Below are positions 63,394 to 64,000 of a stretch of DNA of 64,000 nucleotides, piece after piece. The notes under the pieces were generated by a model, which did no database searches, was not told where the DNA came from, and saw nothing but the letters and a program-made list of their open reading frames with translations. The translations under genes and the position numbers were made by a program. Positions within the stretch are counted from its first letter, which is position 1; every line of letters starts with the position of its first letter. Origin of the DNA: Octopus bimaculoides (taxonomy: Eukaryota); contig NC_068988.1 of assembly GCF_001194135.2 (NCBI RefSeq), forward strand, positions 81,014,417-81,078,416, in the 5' to 3' direction.

Positions 63394-63776
63394 GGAGGCG
63401 CAATGGCCCAGTGGTTAGGGCAGCGGACTTGCGGTCATAGGATTGCAGTTTTGATTCCCAGACCGGGCGTTGTGAGTGTTTCTTGCGCGAAAACACCTAA
63501 AGGTCCATGAGGCTCCGGCAGGGGATGGTGGCGAACCCTGCTGTACTCTTTCACCACAACTTTCTCTCACTCTTACTTCCTGTTTCTGTTGTGCCTGTAA
63601 TTCAAAGGGTCAGCCTTGTCACACACTGTCACGCTGAATATCCCCGAGAACTACGTTAAAGGTACCCATGTCTGTGGAGTGCTCAGCCACTTGCACATTA
63701 ACTTCACGAGCAGGCTGTCCCATTGATTGGATCAACTGGAACCCTCGACATCGTAAGCAACTGAGTGCCTACAACA
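63394..63776 (+). mobile_element. Full-length tRNA-derived SINE (OR-like) ending in (CAA)n
   Basis: Head ggaggcgcaatggcccagtggttagggcagcggact...ttgattcccagacc has A/B-box-like motifs. The body and tail are shared with 1570-1725. Inserted in a (TA/TG) tract. Confidence 0.85.
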
Positions 63777-63959
63777 ATATATATGTGTATATATATGTGT
63801 GTGTGTGTGTGTTTATATATATATATATATGTGTGTGTATGTATATGTGTATATATATATGTGTGTGTATGTATATGTGTATATATATATGTGTGTGTAT
63901 GTATATGTATATATATATGTGTGTGTATGTATATATATATATGTGTGTGTATATATATA

Positions 63960-64000
<41 letters not shown>

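Noticed and set aside
63394-63470. tRNA-like sequence (also 24005-24079 and 62513-62590)
   Set aside because: These are SINE heads. They have A/B-box-like motifs but no intact cloverleaf, and they continue into SINE bodies.

Overview
AT-rich eukaryotic genomic DNA with seven N gaps and many (TA)n, (CA)n and (CT)n tracts. The repeat set (RTE LINE 3' ends with (GAT)n tails, tRNA-derived SINEs) looks like an octopus genome. That assignment is pattern recognition, not a database result. The best-supported gene is on the + strand: join(26537..26711,35831..36393), 245 aa. It encodes a signal peptide, a short ectodomain, one TM helix and a cytoplasmic tail with PPSY and LPSY (Nedd4-family WW-binding) motifs. 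A probable non-coding first exon and promoter lie near 7930-8069. Other exon candidates (35-177, 46909-47170, 47879-49245) are weak and unidentified. Most of the rest is transposon debris: RTE, CR1 and Penelope-like retroelements, a Gypsy gag relic, mariner ends, hAT, piggyBac-like and Mutator-like MITEs, a Lep1-like Helitron and several SINE families. The most notable structures are: (1) an intact sense-oriented solo LTR with TATA box, splice donor and AATAAA inside the gene's second intron; (2) an inverted pair of minimal hammerhead-ribozyme motifs at 61025-61176; (3) a 75-bp near-perfect palindrome; (4) an 86-bp foldback element with a 9-bp TSD. No CRISPR array, rRNA or true tRNA gene is supported.
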